Under the pieces are notes generated by a model that was not told where the DNA came from, made no database searches, and saw only the letters and a program-made list of their open reading frames with translations. Shown here piece after piece: positions 29,494 to 40,800 of a stretch of 64,000 bases of DNA (positions within the stretch are counted from its first letter, which is position 1; the number at the start of each line of letters is the position of its first letter). Both the position numbers and the translations under genes were made by a program. Source of the stretch: Nitrospirales bacterium (GTDB lineage Bacteria > Nitrospirota > Nitrospiria > Nitrospirales > UBA8639); contig CBDCWC010000002.1 in NCBI GenBank assembly GCA_965223295.1, forward strand, positions 480,001 to 544,000, read 5' to 3'.

Positions 29494-30706
29494 CATCAAA
29501 GCTGCAGTTGCTGACAGAGAACGGTTATTAGAAGATCTTCAGCAAGCACAAAAAATGGAATCATTGGGTCAGCTAACCAGTGGCATTGCCCATGATTTCA
29601 ATAATCTCTTAGGAATCATGACGGGCTATTCTGGGCTCGTGCTGGCAGGTTGCGAAAGTTTGGGCGAAGAGCGACTGATAGGGTATATGCGCCAAATGTG
29701 TGCCGTCAACAAATGTGCGGCGAATTTGGTCTCACAGATGCTTGCCTTCAGTCGAAATGATGAAATCGATGATGTTCCCATGCTATTTGCCCCTTTGCTA
29801 GAAAATGACATTGAGATTATACGTGCAACCCTGCCGATGACGATTGATATTCAATTCGAGAGCGAGCCGAATCTTCCAAGTGTCATGATGAGTCCTACGC
29901 AACTGCACCAAATTCTGATGAATCTGTCTCTCAATGCTCGTGATGCCATGGAGGGCCATGGCTGTCTACGGATTTCGTTGGGCTGGGCTCGTGGGTTAGA
30001 TGTGGTGTCGTCGGTTTCGAAGAAACGGGTTCAAGGAGACTGGATTGAACTGAGCGTGAGTGATACGGGTCCAGGTATTCACCCAGAGATCGTTCAGAAG
30101 ATCTTTAATCCGTATTACACCACGAAGGATGTCGGTAAAGGGACTGGACTAGGCCTGTCGGCTATTTACGGCATTGTAGAAAAACATGGTGGGCATATCT
30201 TATTGGAGAGTGAAGAGGGAAAAGGAAGTATATTTCGCATACTTTTTGCGCCGTTGCCAAGGGATCAACAGAAGCAAGTAGAAGAGCCTGTCGAAGCGCC
30301 TTCTGCAAAGTTTATCCGAGGGGATGGTTCCGAAATTTTAGTTGTGGATGATGAACCTGGATTTGCCACATTTATCGAGGCACTCCTCACGACACACGGA
30401 TATCAGGCTATGCCATGTACCGATTGGAATCAAGCGTTAGAGTTGTTTGCTCAAAATCCTTCACGATTCTCTTTAGTGGTTGCTGACCAGCATATACCTG
30501 GAATAACCGGTATCCAGTTGATTGGAAAAATTAGAGAGTTGCGACCAGAAATTCCAGCTATTGTGTGTTCGGCGTATAGAGAGAAAGGGGATGAAGGAGA
30601 AATGATAAATAAGGATATCGCTTTTTTCGAAAAACCTCTTGATGATACTCGATTTCTGAAGGCTGTGGGCCAGTTATTGGAAGCCTGTGGTGGAGTTGAA
30701 AAATAA
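29486..30706 (+). CDS. Histidine kinase + receiver (C-terminal part of a hybrid kinase)
   Basis: AQKMESLG, IAHDFNNLL, NARDAM, GKGTGLGL, receiver VVDDE. Overlaps the upstream ORF by 8 nt. Confidence 0.9.
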   Translation: MTDIKAAVADRERLLEDLQQAQKMESLGQLTSGIAHDFNNLLGIMTGYSGLVLAGCESLGEERLIGYMRQMCAVNKCAANLVSQMLAFSRNDEIDDVPMLFAPLLENDIEIIRATLPMTIDIQFESEPNLPSVMMSPTQLHQILMNLSLNARDAMEGHGCLRISLGWARGLDVVSSVSKKRVQGDWIELSVSDTGPGIHPEIVQKIFNPYYTTKDVGKGTGLGLSAIYGIVEKHGGHILLESEEGKGSIFRILFAPLPRDQQKQVEEPVEAPSAKFIRGDGSEILVVDDEPGFATFIEALLTTHGYQAMPCTDWNQALELFAQNPSRFSLVVADQHIPGITGIQLIGKIRELRPEIPAIVCSAYREKGDEGEMINKDIAFFEKPLDDTRFLKAVGQLLEACGGVEK

Positions 30707-30740
30707 GGTTTCTCTCTCCCTGTCTTCCTGACTCTTTTTT

Positions 30741-30881
30741 GGGCACCACTAAAAACTGTTCTTTTTCGCGATGGCGGCGTCAGCGGCGTGCTCAACTCCT
30801 CATGTATTGGCCCATACTCTGCGGTTTTCCGCGCGCCGCTTCCTTACCCTCAGAAAAAATATCCAGTTTTTAGAAGTGCCC
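30741..30881. repeat. MITE/REP-like element D (related family)
   Basis: Inverted termini gggcaccactaaaaactg / cagtttttagaagtgccc; inner ctcatgta...tactctgcg resembles the core of copy B. Confidence 0.7.
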
Positions 30882-31142
30882 TTTTGTTTCGTCCAGTACC
30901 TTGAATCGACTTGGCTTTGGGCATCTCATGTTGTTGTGGTGGAAGAATCCATATCTTCCTGTCTATTCGCTTGGGCATGTGAGTTTGTTGTCTTTCCCTA
31001 GTATCCCGTTGATTCCTTTCCAGTAAATGCTTGTTTTTTAAAGAATTTTCCTGTCATTTTTGGATTGCAAGTTTGCAAGTTGCATCGTAAAATGACGTCT
31101 TCTTACTTATCTTTATTTATTCATCTGAAAGGATTGATTTGT

Positions 31143-31559
31143 ATGGCTGAGCGAACGTTAGCGATTATTAAACCGGATGCCGTAGAAAAACATGCCATAG
31201 GTGATATTACCCGAAGATATGAGGAGGCCGGATTACACCCCAGAGCCATACGCATGATGCGTCTGTCCAAATCCTGTGCTGAGGGCTTTTATGCCGTCCA
31301 TCGGGAGCGTCCGTTTTTCAATGATTTGACGACCTATATGTGTTCCGGTCCTGTCGTGGTACTAGTCTTAGAAGGGGCCGATGCTGTGAAAAAAAATCGC
31401 GATCTTATGGGGGCGACGGATCCTCAAAAAGCGGATCCAGGAACCATTCGTGCGGTGCATGGTGCATCGATTGAAGCGAATGCCGTACATGGCTCTGATT
31501 CGGTTGAAAACGCAGAAATCGAGATTCGTTATTTTTTTGCCGAATCTGAAATACAATAA
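31143..31559 (+). CDS. ndk: Nucleoside diphosphate kinase
   Basis: [23 protein letters not shown]. Confidence 0.97.
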   Translation: MAERTLAIIKPDAVEKHAIGDITRRYEEAGLHPRAIRMMRLSKSCAEGFYAVHRERPFFNDLTTYMCSGPVVVLVLEGADAVKKNRDLMGATDPQKADPGTIRAVHGASIEANAVHGSDSVENAEIEIRYFFAESEIQ

Positions 31560-31561
31560 GA

Positions 31562-33130
31562 GTGAGTCGCATTGAGATGTCCCCGTTTCCTACTATGTTT
31601 GCATCTTCGCTGAAAGCTTTAGCATTGTGTATCCTATGCGTTGGGATTTTGGCATCCTGTGGGCGGACCCGTCCGATACAGGGGCCCCCAATGACTGAGC
31701 CTTTTCCTCCAGCGGTTGAAATTCAGCCAGATGCCACCGAGCCTATCCTGGAAGTTGACAATGGTGAGCGTATTCGCCACATACATGAGCGGCTTTTACA
31801 AGAAGCCCAGCATTATTTTGATGGGCGTGAGTTCCAAGAGGCAATCCGGAACTTGTCAAAATTATTGGCGTTACATCCTCATGCCGAACTTGAACGAGAG
31901 GGACGGTGGTTGTTAGGGCAAGCATATGATCAGGTGAAAGATTGGGAATCTGCCCAGCGAGAATATGGCATCTTGGCCTCGGCTTCACTTGATCAACGCT
32001 ATCAAGATACGGCTGCTCAACGCCTTCAGGAAATTCAGAGTTTACTCGAGAAATTTGATGCGGCACCCCAACAGACTCAAGCCATTAGGTTTGCGTTAAA
32101 TCAGTTGCCGGCGACAGAAGGATTTGATCAGGGTATTCAGAAGATGAAGCAAGATGGAGTGACGACTTTGCTGATTGATCTTGGTTGCCAACGAAGGGCA
32201 TTGATCGGGGTCTCTTCGCAGGAGTCGCTTCCACCTCTCGTGGAGCTCCAAGCCTTATTGCGAAACTATGCTCAACGAATTCATTCTGTCGGGCTACTCA
32301 TGTATGTGGGGGTTAATCTTCGCTGTCTAGGTCATTGGGCACCTTCACAGCATCAGGTTTGGCAGGACCTGACCTATCAGATTGCAACAGGAACCTCAAA
32401 TCCTTCGAAACAGTTCGATCTGTTTCATCCCGCCTATCAGGAATTTTTGATACGTTTTCTAATCAGGCTCTGCAACGAAGGTGTGGATGGTCTGGTGTTT
32501 CTGAATGATCATCCTCTTGGGATGTACGATGGAGTCACTCGAATTGGGGTCAAGCGATTTGAAAAACAATTTGGGGTGAGCTTTGATCCCGCGCGAATTT
32601 TTCATAAGGGGTTTGATCCCATCAAGAATTCTAAACGCTCAAAAGGCACTTCTGGGATGAAGGGGGTCAATCAGAAAAATGCGTTGTTTTGGCGATGGGC
32701 GGGGTGGAAAGCTCGAGAACGACTAACGATTCTTGAAACAGTCGTGGATCGTCTTCGTGCGCAGTATCCTGCCGTGCAGTTTGGCTTAGAGCTGCATCCA
32801 CATGGATTGACGAATCCGGTGGGCGCATTAGTTGAGTATGGAGAAGATGCCATGGATGCGACGGGCCGCCCTTTTTCATTTTTCTTTGTGAGACCAGAAA
32901 TTGATCGACGCTCAACATTTACTGAGCAAGCCGTCGTAGAGAAGTTGCGCCGTATTTCAACGAAAGCCGTTCTTGATCGCTTACTCCCCGCAGTTGATAA
33001 TCCGCGGCGAGTGTGGGTCAGTATGCCTGCCAAAAGTGGACAACGTCTCCGTCAGCAAGCAGAGCATTCTCCTCTACACGATTTTCCTTCGGGGATAGGT
33101 GTAGTCCACGATCTCCGTGCCTTTTCTTAA
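31562..33130 (+). CDS. Lipoprotein with TPR region and PgaB C-terminal-like (GHL13) glycoside hydrolase-like domain
   Basis: Lipobox LASC, TPR helices, FDLFHP, DGLVFLND, FWRWAGWK. Confidence 0.55.
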   Translation: MSRIEMSPFPTMFASSLKALALCILCVGILASCGRTRPIQGPPMTEPFPPAVEIQPDATEPILEVDNGERIRHIHERLLQEAQHYFDGREFQEAIRNLSKLLALHPHAELEREGRWLLGQAYDQVKDWESAQREYGILASASLDQRYQDTAAQRLQEIQSLLEKFDAAPQQTQAIRFALNQLPATEGFDQGIQKMKQDGVTTLLIDLGCQRRALIGVSSQESLPPLVELQALLRNYAQRIHSVGLLMYVGVNLRCLGHWAPSQHQVWQDLTYQIATGTSNPSKQFDLFHPAYQEFLIRFLIRLCNEGVDGLVFLNDHPLGMYDGVTRIGVKRFEKQFGVSFDPARIFHKGFDPIKNSKRSKGTSGMKGVNQKNALFWRWAGWKARERLTILETVVDRLRAQYPAVQFGLELHPHGLTNPVGALVEYGEDAMDATGRPFSFFFVRPEIDRRSTFTEQAVVEKLRRISTKAVLDRLLPAVDNPRRVWVSMPAKSGQRLRQQAEHSPLHDFPSGIGVVHDLRAFS

Positions 33131-33283
33131 GCCCTCAGGAACTGCTTTCTTTTGCCCTCTCATGAGAGATTGTTTTTGCTTCTTCGAAACAATCGATAGG
33201 AATGTCAGAAATTGGTAAAGCCCGAGAGATCTAGGTTAGACCAGAACTGAATAGACAATATGATAGTAAAAAAAGGGGGAGAG

Positions 33284-33667
33284 ATGGAACCTCAGGATCT
33301 GCGTTATCACAAAGAACATGAATGGGTTCGTATTGAAGGGAAAAGGGCGACGTTAGGAATTAGCAATTTTGCTCAAGATGCGTTGGGCGATGTGGTGTTT
33401 GTTGATCTTCCGCAGGTTGGAGCCAAGCTGTCGGCGGAAGCTGAACTCGGTGAAGTGGAGTCTACAAAAGCGACTTCGACTATATATTCCCCTTTATCGG
33501 GGGCAGTGGTCGCAATTAATCAAGACTTAGAAGAGCATCCTGAATTGTTAAATCAAGACCCCTATGGTCGCGGATGGATTGCTGTATTAGAACTGTCTAA
33601 TCCCAGTGAAGTGGATAGGCTCATGACTGCTGAGCGATATGAATCCTTTTTAACATCTGAAGCATAA
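33284..33667 (+). CDS. gcvH: Glycine cleavage system H protein
   Basis: HEWV, AQDALGDVV, VESTKA (lipoyl Lys), DPYGRGW. Confidence 0.95.
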   Translation: MEPQDLRYHKEHEWVRIEGKRATLGISNFAQDALGDVVFVDLPQVGAKLSAEAELGEVESTKATSTIYSPLSGAVVAINQDLEEHPELLNQDPYGRGWIAVLELSNPSEVDRLMTAERYESFLTSEA

Positions 33668-35073
33668 TGTCGAGACCCAAACATATTCTTATTATTGGTG
33701 CAGGACCCGGAGGCTATGTGGCTGCGATTCGGGCGGCACAACTCGGTGCTAAAGTGACGGTGGTTGAAGAACAAGCCGTGGGTGGGGTTTGTCTAAACTG
33801 GGGCTGTATTCCTAGTAAAACACTCTTGAATCTTGTGGACCTTGGAGAGCGAGCTCGGCATGCTGAAGCATGGGGGCTCACCTTTGAAGGTCCGATTGGT
33901 TTTGATCTTACGCGAATGATTGCTCGAAAGAATGAAGTGGTGCAGTCTTTAGTGAAAGGGATTACCACTTTATTCAAACATTGGGATATCCAGCATATCA
34001 GTGGACGCGGTACCTTGGTGACTGAGCGGCAGGTGCGCGTGACTTATGAAGATGAGAGCACGAGTCTCTTGGAAGGCGATGCAATAGTGTTGGCGACTGG
34101 GTCCTCATGGCCGCAATTACCTCAATTTCCTCTTGACGGTCAGAAGGTTCTTTCAAGTAAAGATGCCCTGGATTTAACAGAGATTCCGAAAAGTGTGCTG
34201 ATCGTCGGTGGTGGCGTTGAGGGTTGTGAGTTTGCGTGTTTATTGAGTGGACTGGGGAGCCAGGTGACACTTGTTGAGATGATGCCCACGGTGTTGCCGA
34301 CTGAAGATAGTGACACCATTGCGATGCTCACTCGGGAATTCAAAAAGCGTAAAATTCAGCTCTACGTGAATACGACAATTGAAACATGGGCATTCACCCA
34401 AGGGGGAATTCAGGCTACTCTCGATTCAGGGGAGACCGTGTCGGCAGAGAAGATGCTTGTTTCGGTAGGGCGCCGTATGAATTCCAGTGACCTCGGATTA
34501 GAATCTGTCGGTGTACAAATCGGAAAACGAGCGGAGATTTTAGTGAATGATCATATGGAGACTTCGGTTCCAGGTGTGTATGCCATTGGGGATGTCACCG
34601 GGAAATCTATGTTGGCTCATGTGGCGTCAGCTCAAGGGAAAGTTGCTGCGTCCAATGCCATGGGCGTTTCTCAGACAATGAATTATGACGTGATCCCTGC
34701 AGGCATCTTTACGCTTCCAGAAATTGGACGAGTGGGCTTGACGGAACAACAAGTACGGGAACAAGGCATACAGCCAATGATCGGACGGTTTCGTTATGGA
34801 GGACTGGGAAAAGCTCAGGCTGTTGGTGAAACCACGGGACAGTTTAAAGTTATCGCAGATCAACAATCTCAAAAAATTGTAGGCGTGCATATTGTCGGTT
34901 CCCATGCGGCAGACCTTATCCATGAAGGCGCATTAGCCATGTATTCAGGTATCACTGTCTCTGGCGTAGCTAATATGATTCATGCGCATCCCACTCTATC
35001 GGAAGGTTTTATGGAAGCGGTTGAGGACATTGAAGGTTTGGCCATTCACCAGGCTAGGAAGCGCCCGTCTTAG
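33667..35073 (+). CDS. lpdA: Dihydrolipoyl dehydrogenase
   Basis: GAGPGGY, GGVCLNWGCIPSK, HAHPTLSE. Confidence 0.96.
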   Translation: MSRPKHILIIGAGPGGYVAAIRAAQLGAKVTVVEEQAVGGVCLNWGCIPSKTLLNLVDLGERARHAEAWGLTFEGPIGFDLTRMIARKNEVVQSLVKGITTLFKHWDIQHISGRGTLVTERQVRVTYEDESTSLLEGDAIVLATGSSWPQLPQFPLDGQKVLSSKDALDLTEIPKSVLIVGGGVEGCEFACLLSGLGSQVTLVEMMPTVLPTEDSDTIAMLTREFKKRKIQLYVNTTIETWAFTQGGIQATLDSGETVSAEKMLVSVGRRMNSSDLGLESVGVQIGKRAEILVNDHMETSVPGVYAIGDVTGKSMLAHVASAQGKVAASNAMGVSQTMNYDVIPAGIFTLPEIGRVGLTEQQVREQGIQPMIGRFRYGGLGKAQAVGETTGQFKVIADQQSQKIVGVHIVGSHAADLIHEGALAMYSGITVSGVANMIHAHPTLSEGFMEAVEDIEGLAIHQARKRPS

Positions 35074-35091
35074 TCGTCTGGAAAAAACTGG

Positions 35092-35592
35092 ATGATTATG
35101 CCTTTCTGGAATCCCCATCTCTATGAACTGTCTTGGAAAACATCCCTAGCTCTGAAAAGTGCCATTTTGGTCGTCGGCATTGCAGGTATAATGTGGATGG
35201 GTTGGCCATCTGCACCCATCGGCGAATTGGGATCTGACTTGCCCACTGTGGTTGTCTCACAGCCTCAGAAGTTTCCGGTTGTCTCTGTCCGACATAACTT
35301 TTCCAAGAAGCCTCCTGGTAGGAATGTCGTGAGTAATCTCCAAAAACCAGGTCGGCGGATTGGTGATCTTGCATTATCAGTTGATCTCAATCACAGTTCT
35401 CAACAGGACCTAGAAGCCTTGCCTGGCATTGGCCCAGTATTAGCCGACCGAATTGTTACGTATCGTTCAGCGAACGGAAATTTTCAACATATCGACGAAT
35501 TAGTGAATGTTTCAGGAATTGGTCAGAAACGACTTCAACAGCTTCAGCCATTTGTGAAAGTTAAAAGCACCGTCGATAATCTTGGGAGTTAA
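35092..35592 (+). CDS. comEA: ComEA-family helix-hairpin-helix DNA-binding protein
   Basis: TM helix, then VDLN, LPGIGP, VSGIG. Confidence 0.85.
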   Translation: MIMPFWNPHLYELSWKTSLALKSAILVVGIAGIMWMGWPSAPIGELGSDLPTVVVSQPQKFPVVSVRHNFSKKPPGRNVVSNLQKPGRRIGDLALSVDLNHSSQQDLEALPGIGPVLADRIVTYRSANGNFQHIDELVNVSGIGQKRLQQLQPFVKVKSTVDNLGS

Positions 35593-35609
35593 TATTTTCT
35601 ATCTAGAAA

Positions 35610-36839
35610 GTGACTGACGTGCTATCGGAACTTGATCGACAATTAGCCCTTATCCTTCGAGGAACTGTTGAAGTGATTCAGCTTGACGAGCTGAAAGCCA
35701 AATTAGCTTCGTCCTTGAAAGAGCAACGTCCTTTGAAGATAAAAGCAGGGTTTGATCCAACGGCTCCTGACTTACATCTTGGGCACACCGTGCTGATTCA
35801 GAAGCTGAAACATTTTCAAGATTTAGGGCATCAAGTTATTTTTCTCATCGGAGATTTTACTGGAATGATTGGGGATCCCAGTGGAGTATCTGAGACTCGG
35901 AAGGCTTTAACAAAAGAGCAAGTATTAGCGAACGCTAAAACCTATGAACAACAAATTTTTAAGACCCTAGACCCGAAAAAAACCCAAATTGAATTTAATA
36001 GTCGTTGGATGAGTGAGATGCGAACAGAAGCTTTGGTTGCTTTGTGCTCACATTATAGTGTGGCTCGCATGTTAGAGCGTGACGATTTTTCTAAACGTTA
36101 TCGAGATCAAAAGCCTATTAGTATCCATGAATTTCTGTATCCACTGGTTCAGGGGTATGATTCGGTGGCTTTAGAATCAGACGTTGAATTGGGCGGGACT
36201 GATCAAAAATTTAATTTGTTGGTGGGGCGGGATTTGCAGCGTGACTATGGGCAAAAGCCACAGGTGGTACTCACGATGCCATTATTAGAGGGGACAGATG
36301 GTGTCCGAAAAATGAGTAAGAGCTTTGGCAACGTTATTGCGTTAGAAGATTGTCCTGCAGATATGTTTGGAAAGTTAATGTCAATCAGCGATGACCTGAT
36401 GATGCGATATTATGAATTGTTGACTATTTCGAACCTGGATGAGGTGAAACAACAGCACCCCATGGAAGCCAAAAAGCAATTGGCAATGCAGTTGGTACAA
36501 CAATACCATGGTCTGGAAGGTGCGGAAGAAGGGAGGGCCGATTTTCAACAGCGCTTTCAAAAGCGAGATTTTCCGGATGAACCGGATGCATATATCGTGC
36601 TTACAGAACAAGACTTTAAGGATCCCAATGATCTCTCTTTCTCTTTAGTTGATATTTTGCTAAGGACGGAATTAGTGCCGAGTAAGGGTGAAGCGCGCCG
36701 GCTTATTTCTCAAAATGCCATTCAAGTTGATGGAAAAAAAATAAACGACAGTAACGGTGTCGTTTCTTTTACGCCAAAACAAAAAGTTTCTCTGAAAATT
36801 GGTAAACGTAAATTTGCAGTGATTGAAATGAGTAGTTGA
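35610..36839 (+). CDS. tyrS: Tyrosine--tRNA ligase
   Basis: [19 protein letters not shown]-terminal S4 domain. Confidence 0.97.
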   Translation: MTDVLSELDRQLALILRGTVEVIQLDELKAKLASSLKEQRPLKIKAGFDPTAPDLHLGHTVLIQKLKHFQDLGHQVIFLIGDFTGMIGDPSGVSETRKALTKEQVLANAKTYEQQIFKTLDPKKTQIEFNSRWMSEMRTEALVALCSHYSVARMLERDDFSKRYRDQKPISIHEFLYPLVQGYDSVALESDVELGGTDQKFNLLVGRDLQRDYGQKPQVVLTMPLLEGTDGVRKMSKSFGNVIALEDCPADMFGKLMSISDDLMMRYYELLTISNLDEVKQQHPMEAKKQLAMQLVQQYHGLEGAEEGRADFQQRFQKRDFPDEPDAYIVLTEQDFKDPNDLSFSLVDILLRTELVPSKGEARRLISQNAIQVDGKKINDSNGVVSFTPKQKVSLKIGKRKFAVIEMSS

Positions 36840-36921
36840 TAGATTAGAGTCTTGTGCTTTGACTAAGCCATCCTTGACTAACCTGTAGCTCCTACCTAGA
36901 ATGCCATACCTAACCTGTTGA

Positions 36922-36996
36922 GCGGGCGTAGCTCAGTGGTAGAGTCCTTGCTTCCCAAGCAAGTTGTCGTGGGTTCAAATCCCATCGCCCGCTCCA
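36922..36996 (+). tRNA. tRNA-Gly (CCC)
   Basis: Cloverleaf GCGGGCG...CGCCCGC-T-CCA; anticodon arm cttgc-tt-CCC-aa-gcaag. Confidence 0.97.
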
Positions 36997-37625
36997 ATCG
37001 CATTCCCTCTATTCAATATCAGTCTGCTTTAGAGAAACACTCCCATAATGGCACCATCTGTTGAAACAAGGTCGCCTCTCGCGAACCTATGAAGCACTGG
37101 TGGTGAGGTAAACCGAAAGCCATGTCGGTGCCGGCAATTTGTAACTGGCGAGTGATTGATTTCGGCACGAGCAGATTTCGTCAATTCCTTTCGTCTGTAA
37201 AAAGCTTTGAATGCCATGGTGTATCAGACACTTTTGATGCCTATACGCTTGGATAGACTTTTGACGTATCTGTCGTCTCTCAGGCTGTATAGAAGAACAA
37301 TCTTGATGAACATGAAAGTCTCTAGTCAAAGTTTTTATGATTTTCATTGATCTCATGTAATTTGAATAAGAACATTACGATCAGAGAGAAAATACATTTA
37401 ACACATGTAACGTAAGTCCACTTGAATGTAGCATGCATAGTTTTTATGTGAGTTAGTTTTGAGAGTTAAAAAACTCGAAGCTAACCAAACAAGTTAAGCC
37501 GAAAAGTAAAATGTTAGAATAGCCCAAGATCAAGAATTTGAAGCTCCTCCCATTTCAGTTCTTTTCTTAATTGTTGTATTCACAATTACTGCATTGTATT
37601 CCCAAAAAGTCTTTTGTTTTTTTCT

Positions 37626-37652
37626 TACAGGTTTCGGGGTTCTTGCCGAGAA
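37626..37652 (+). promoter_or_regulatory. Candidate sigma28-type promoter upstream of riboswitch 1
   Basis: TACA-N15-GCCGAGAA. A weaker homologous site (TTCA-N15-CCCGAAAG) lies at 41409-41435. Confidence 0.4.
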
Positions 37653-37728
37653 AGGAAAGCTATAGGAGAGAGTTTCTCGTTGATCAGAAACAGGGAGCGA
37701 AACCCCTCTACTTGAAATTTATATATTT

Positions 37729-37845
37729 GGCCTCTTCTCGATAAGGGCAAACTCATCGTGAGGTGAGGACGCAAAGCCACGGGTCAGCGTGACTGATAGC
37801 CGGGTTACCGAAAGAAGGGAAGACGTGGGGATGAGGCCTTTTTTT
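37729..37845 (+). ncRNA. c-di-GMP-I (GEMM-I) riboswitch, canonical
   Basis: GGGCAAAC-tcatc-GTGA-ggtgag-GACGCAAAGCC-acGGgtc...TAGCCGGGTTACCG matches the Vibrio cholerae Vc2 aptamer, including G20, A47 and C92. Confidence 0.93.
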
Positions 37846-37861
37846 GCGAAGGAGGTATCTC

Positions 37862-40800
37862 ATGTCCAACGTTCTATCCCACCCTTTCATTCAAAAGACG
37901 CTAGTTGGATTTGGATTGTTGTTTAGTCTCGTCCTTTTTTCTGCTCCCGTTCAATCTGCCGAAACTCTGCAATGGGATGAGAACACGGAGCCAGATTTAG
38001 CCGGATACATTGTTTATCAAGGTACAACAGCGGGATCCTATGAGACTCCTATAGATGTGGGGAACGTCACAAGCTACACGGTATCGGACCTCGAACCTGA
38101 TACGACGTATTATTTTGCGGTCACGGCTCATGACACGGGGGGGAACGAAAGTGGGCCTTCCAATGAAGTGAGCATACATGTTGCGGCGCCGCCGGACGAC
38201 ACGTCGCCTACAGTGATGCTCACTTCGCCTACTTCAGGTTCGACTCTATCGGGAACTGTCATGTTGCAGGCCGAGGCGAGTGATGATACAGGGGTGGCGG
38301 GTGTACAGTTCAAGATGAACGGGACGAACTGGGGAGCTGAGGACACGACGGCCCCCTATGTTATGGCGTGGGATACGACGACTGTAACGCCAGGGGCCTA
38401 TACGTTGACAGCCGTGGCGCGAGATGCGGCAGGCAACACGGCTTCGTCGATCTCGGTGCAGGTGACCGTGACGGAGACGGAGGGAGGCTCGCGCGTGACG
38501 GCTGGGTTAGTAGCTTTGTATGAGTTTACTGAGGGGGCCGGGGCCACGGTGGCGGATACTTCAGGGATGGGCACGCCGCTAGATTTAACCATTGCAGATG
38601 TAAACGATGTGACGTGGCGACCAGGTGTGGGTGCCCTGCAGGTGAACGCGGAGACCATCGTCAGTTCAGACGGGCCTGCAACTAAGGTGCACACGGCGCT
38701 GATGGCCAGTAACGCGGTCACAGTAGAGGCCTGGGTGAATCCGGCCAATCTGACCCAGAACGGCCCGGCCCGCATTGTGAGCCTCTCGGCCTCACCCTAT
38801 TTGCGAAATTTAACGCTTGGACAGGGGGTGTTTAGTAGTGCAAGCGATCGACTTGAAGTACGCTTGCGGACAAGCAGCACGAGCTTGAATGGAACGCCGG
38901 CGGTTCCGACCGCCGAGGGCACACTGGCTGATAGATTACAACATATGGTCTACACGCGGGATGCCGCGGGCAACGTGAAGATTTACCTGGATAACACCAT
39001 CTTAGCCACGAGCACAGTCGGAGGGGACTTCAGCACGTGGGATACCACGATGCCGCTGGTACTGGCGAATGAGGTGAATGGGGAACGGGCATGGTTGGGC
39101 GAGTATCACTTAGTTGCGATTTACGACATGGCCCTGACGACGGCCCAAGTTACCCAGAACTTCACGGCGGGACCTAGGGGTAAGGGAGGAGCAACAAACC
39201 AAGCGCCGACGGTAACAGCCGGACTGGATCAGGCGGTCACGTTACCAACGGCAGTGACGTTAGATGGGACGGTGACAGATGATGGGTTGCCAACCCCACC
39301 GATGGTCAGCACGCTCTGGAGTGTGACAAGTGGGCCGGGGCCGGTGACGTTTGGGGCGGCGACGTCGGTGGATACGACGGCAAGCTTCACGGTGGCAGGA
39401 GTGTATGTACTGCGGCTGACAGCGGATGATGGTGAGTTGACCGCCTTTGATGAGGTCATGGTGCATATGGCGGCCCCACCAGATGAGACGCCGCCAACAG
39501 TGGCGCTGACTGCGCCGACAGCCGGAGCGACTCTCACAGGGACGGTCACGGTACGGGCCGACGCAAGTGATAATCGAGGGGTTGTTGGTGTGCAGTTCCA
39601 GATGAATGGGACAAATTGGGGAACCGAAGATGCGACGACGCCCTACAGCCGGGTGTGGGATACGTCCACTGCGACGCCAGGAGCCTATACAATCACAGCG
39701 GTGGCCCGAGATGCGGCGGGTAATGCAAGTACTTCAGTGCCAGTGACGGTGCACATTGCGGCCCCACCGGATGAGATGCCGCCAACGGTGGTGCTGACTG
39801 CGCCGACAGCCGGAGCAACTCTCACAGGAACGGTTACGCTGCAAGCAGCGGCGAATGATGATCAAGGAGTCGCTGGCGTGCAATTCCAAATGAATGGGAC
39901 GAATTGGGGCGCTGAGGACACGACGGCACCCTATAGCCGGGTGTGGGATACGTCCACTGCGACGCCAGGGGCCTACACAGTAACAGCTGTGGCTCGAGAT
40001 GTAGCGGGCAATACGGGTACCTCGGCCCCGGTGACGGTGCATATTGCAGCTCCGCCTCCACCGGCACAACTACCAACCCTCACCAGTCCCGAGGTGGGAT
40101 CAATTTTATCAGGGTCGACAATAAAGCTTTCTTGGAATCCGAATACGACCTCAGTCAGTGAGTGGTGGCTGTACGTCGGCAGCAAACAAGGTAGTAAGGA
40201 CATTTTAAATACTGGTTCCATGGCGAGTAGTACGCTCTCTCGGACGGTGTCGAACTTGCCAACGAATGGCCAGCCGGTGTGGGTGCGCTTGTGGTGGAAG
40301 TCGGGAGGAGGCTGGCAGTCAGAGGACTATGCCTATACTGCTGCTAGCGTCACTAACAGCACCCCAGCGATCAGTAGTCCTGCTGCGCAATCGACGTTCG
40401 CAGATAGTACAGTCACATTCAAGTGGACTCCCCACACGACCGCGGTGAGCGAGTGGTGGCTGTACGTCGGCAGCAAACAAGGTAGTAAGGACATCTTAAA
40501 TACTGGTTCCATGGCGAGTAGTACACTCTCTCGGACGGTGTCGAACTTGCCAACGAATGGCCAGCCGGTGTGGGTGCGCTTGTGGTGGAAGTCGGGAGGA
40601 GGCTGGCAGTCAGAGGACTATGCCTATACTGCTGCTAGCGTCACTAACAGCACCCCAGCGATCAGTAGTCCTGCTGCGCAATCGACGTTCGCAGATAGTA
40701 CAGTCACATTCAAGTGGACTCCCCACACGACCACGGTGAGCGAGTGGTGGCTGTACGTCGGCAGCAAAAAAAGTAGCAAGGATATCTTTAACAGTGGTTC

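Noticed and set aside
37029-37356. Small minus-strand ORFs after tRNA-Gly
   Set aside because: No recognisable motif or convincing RBS; two overlapping frames are equally weak.
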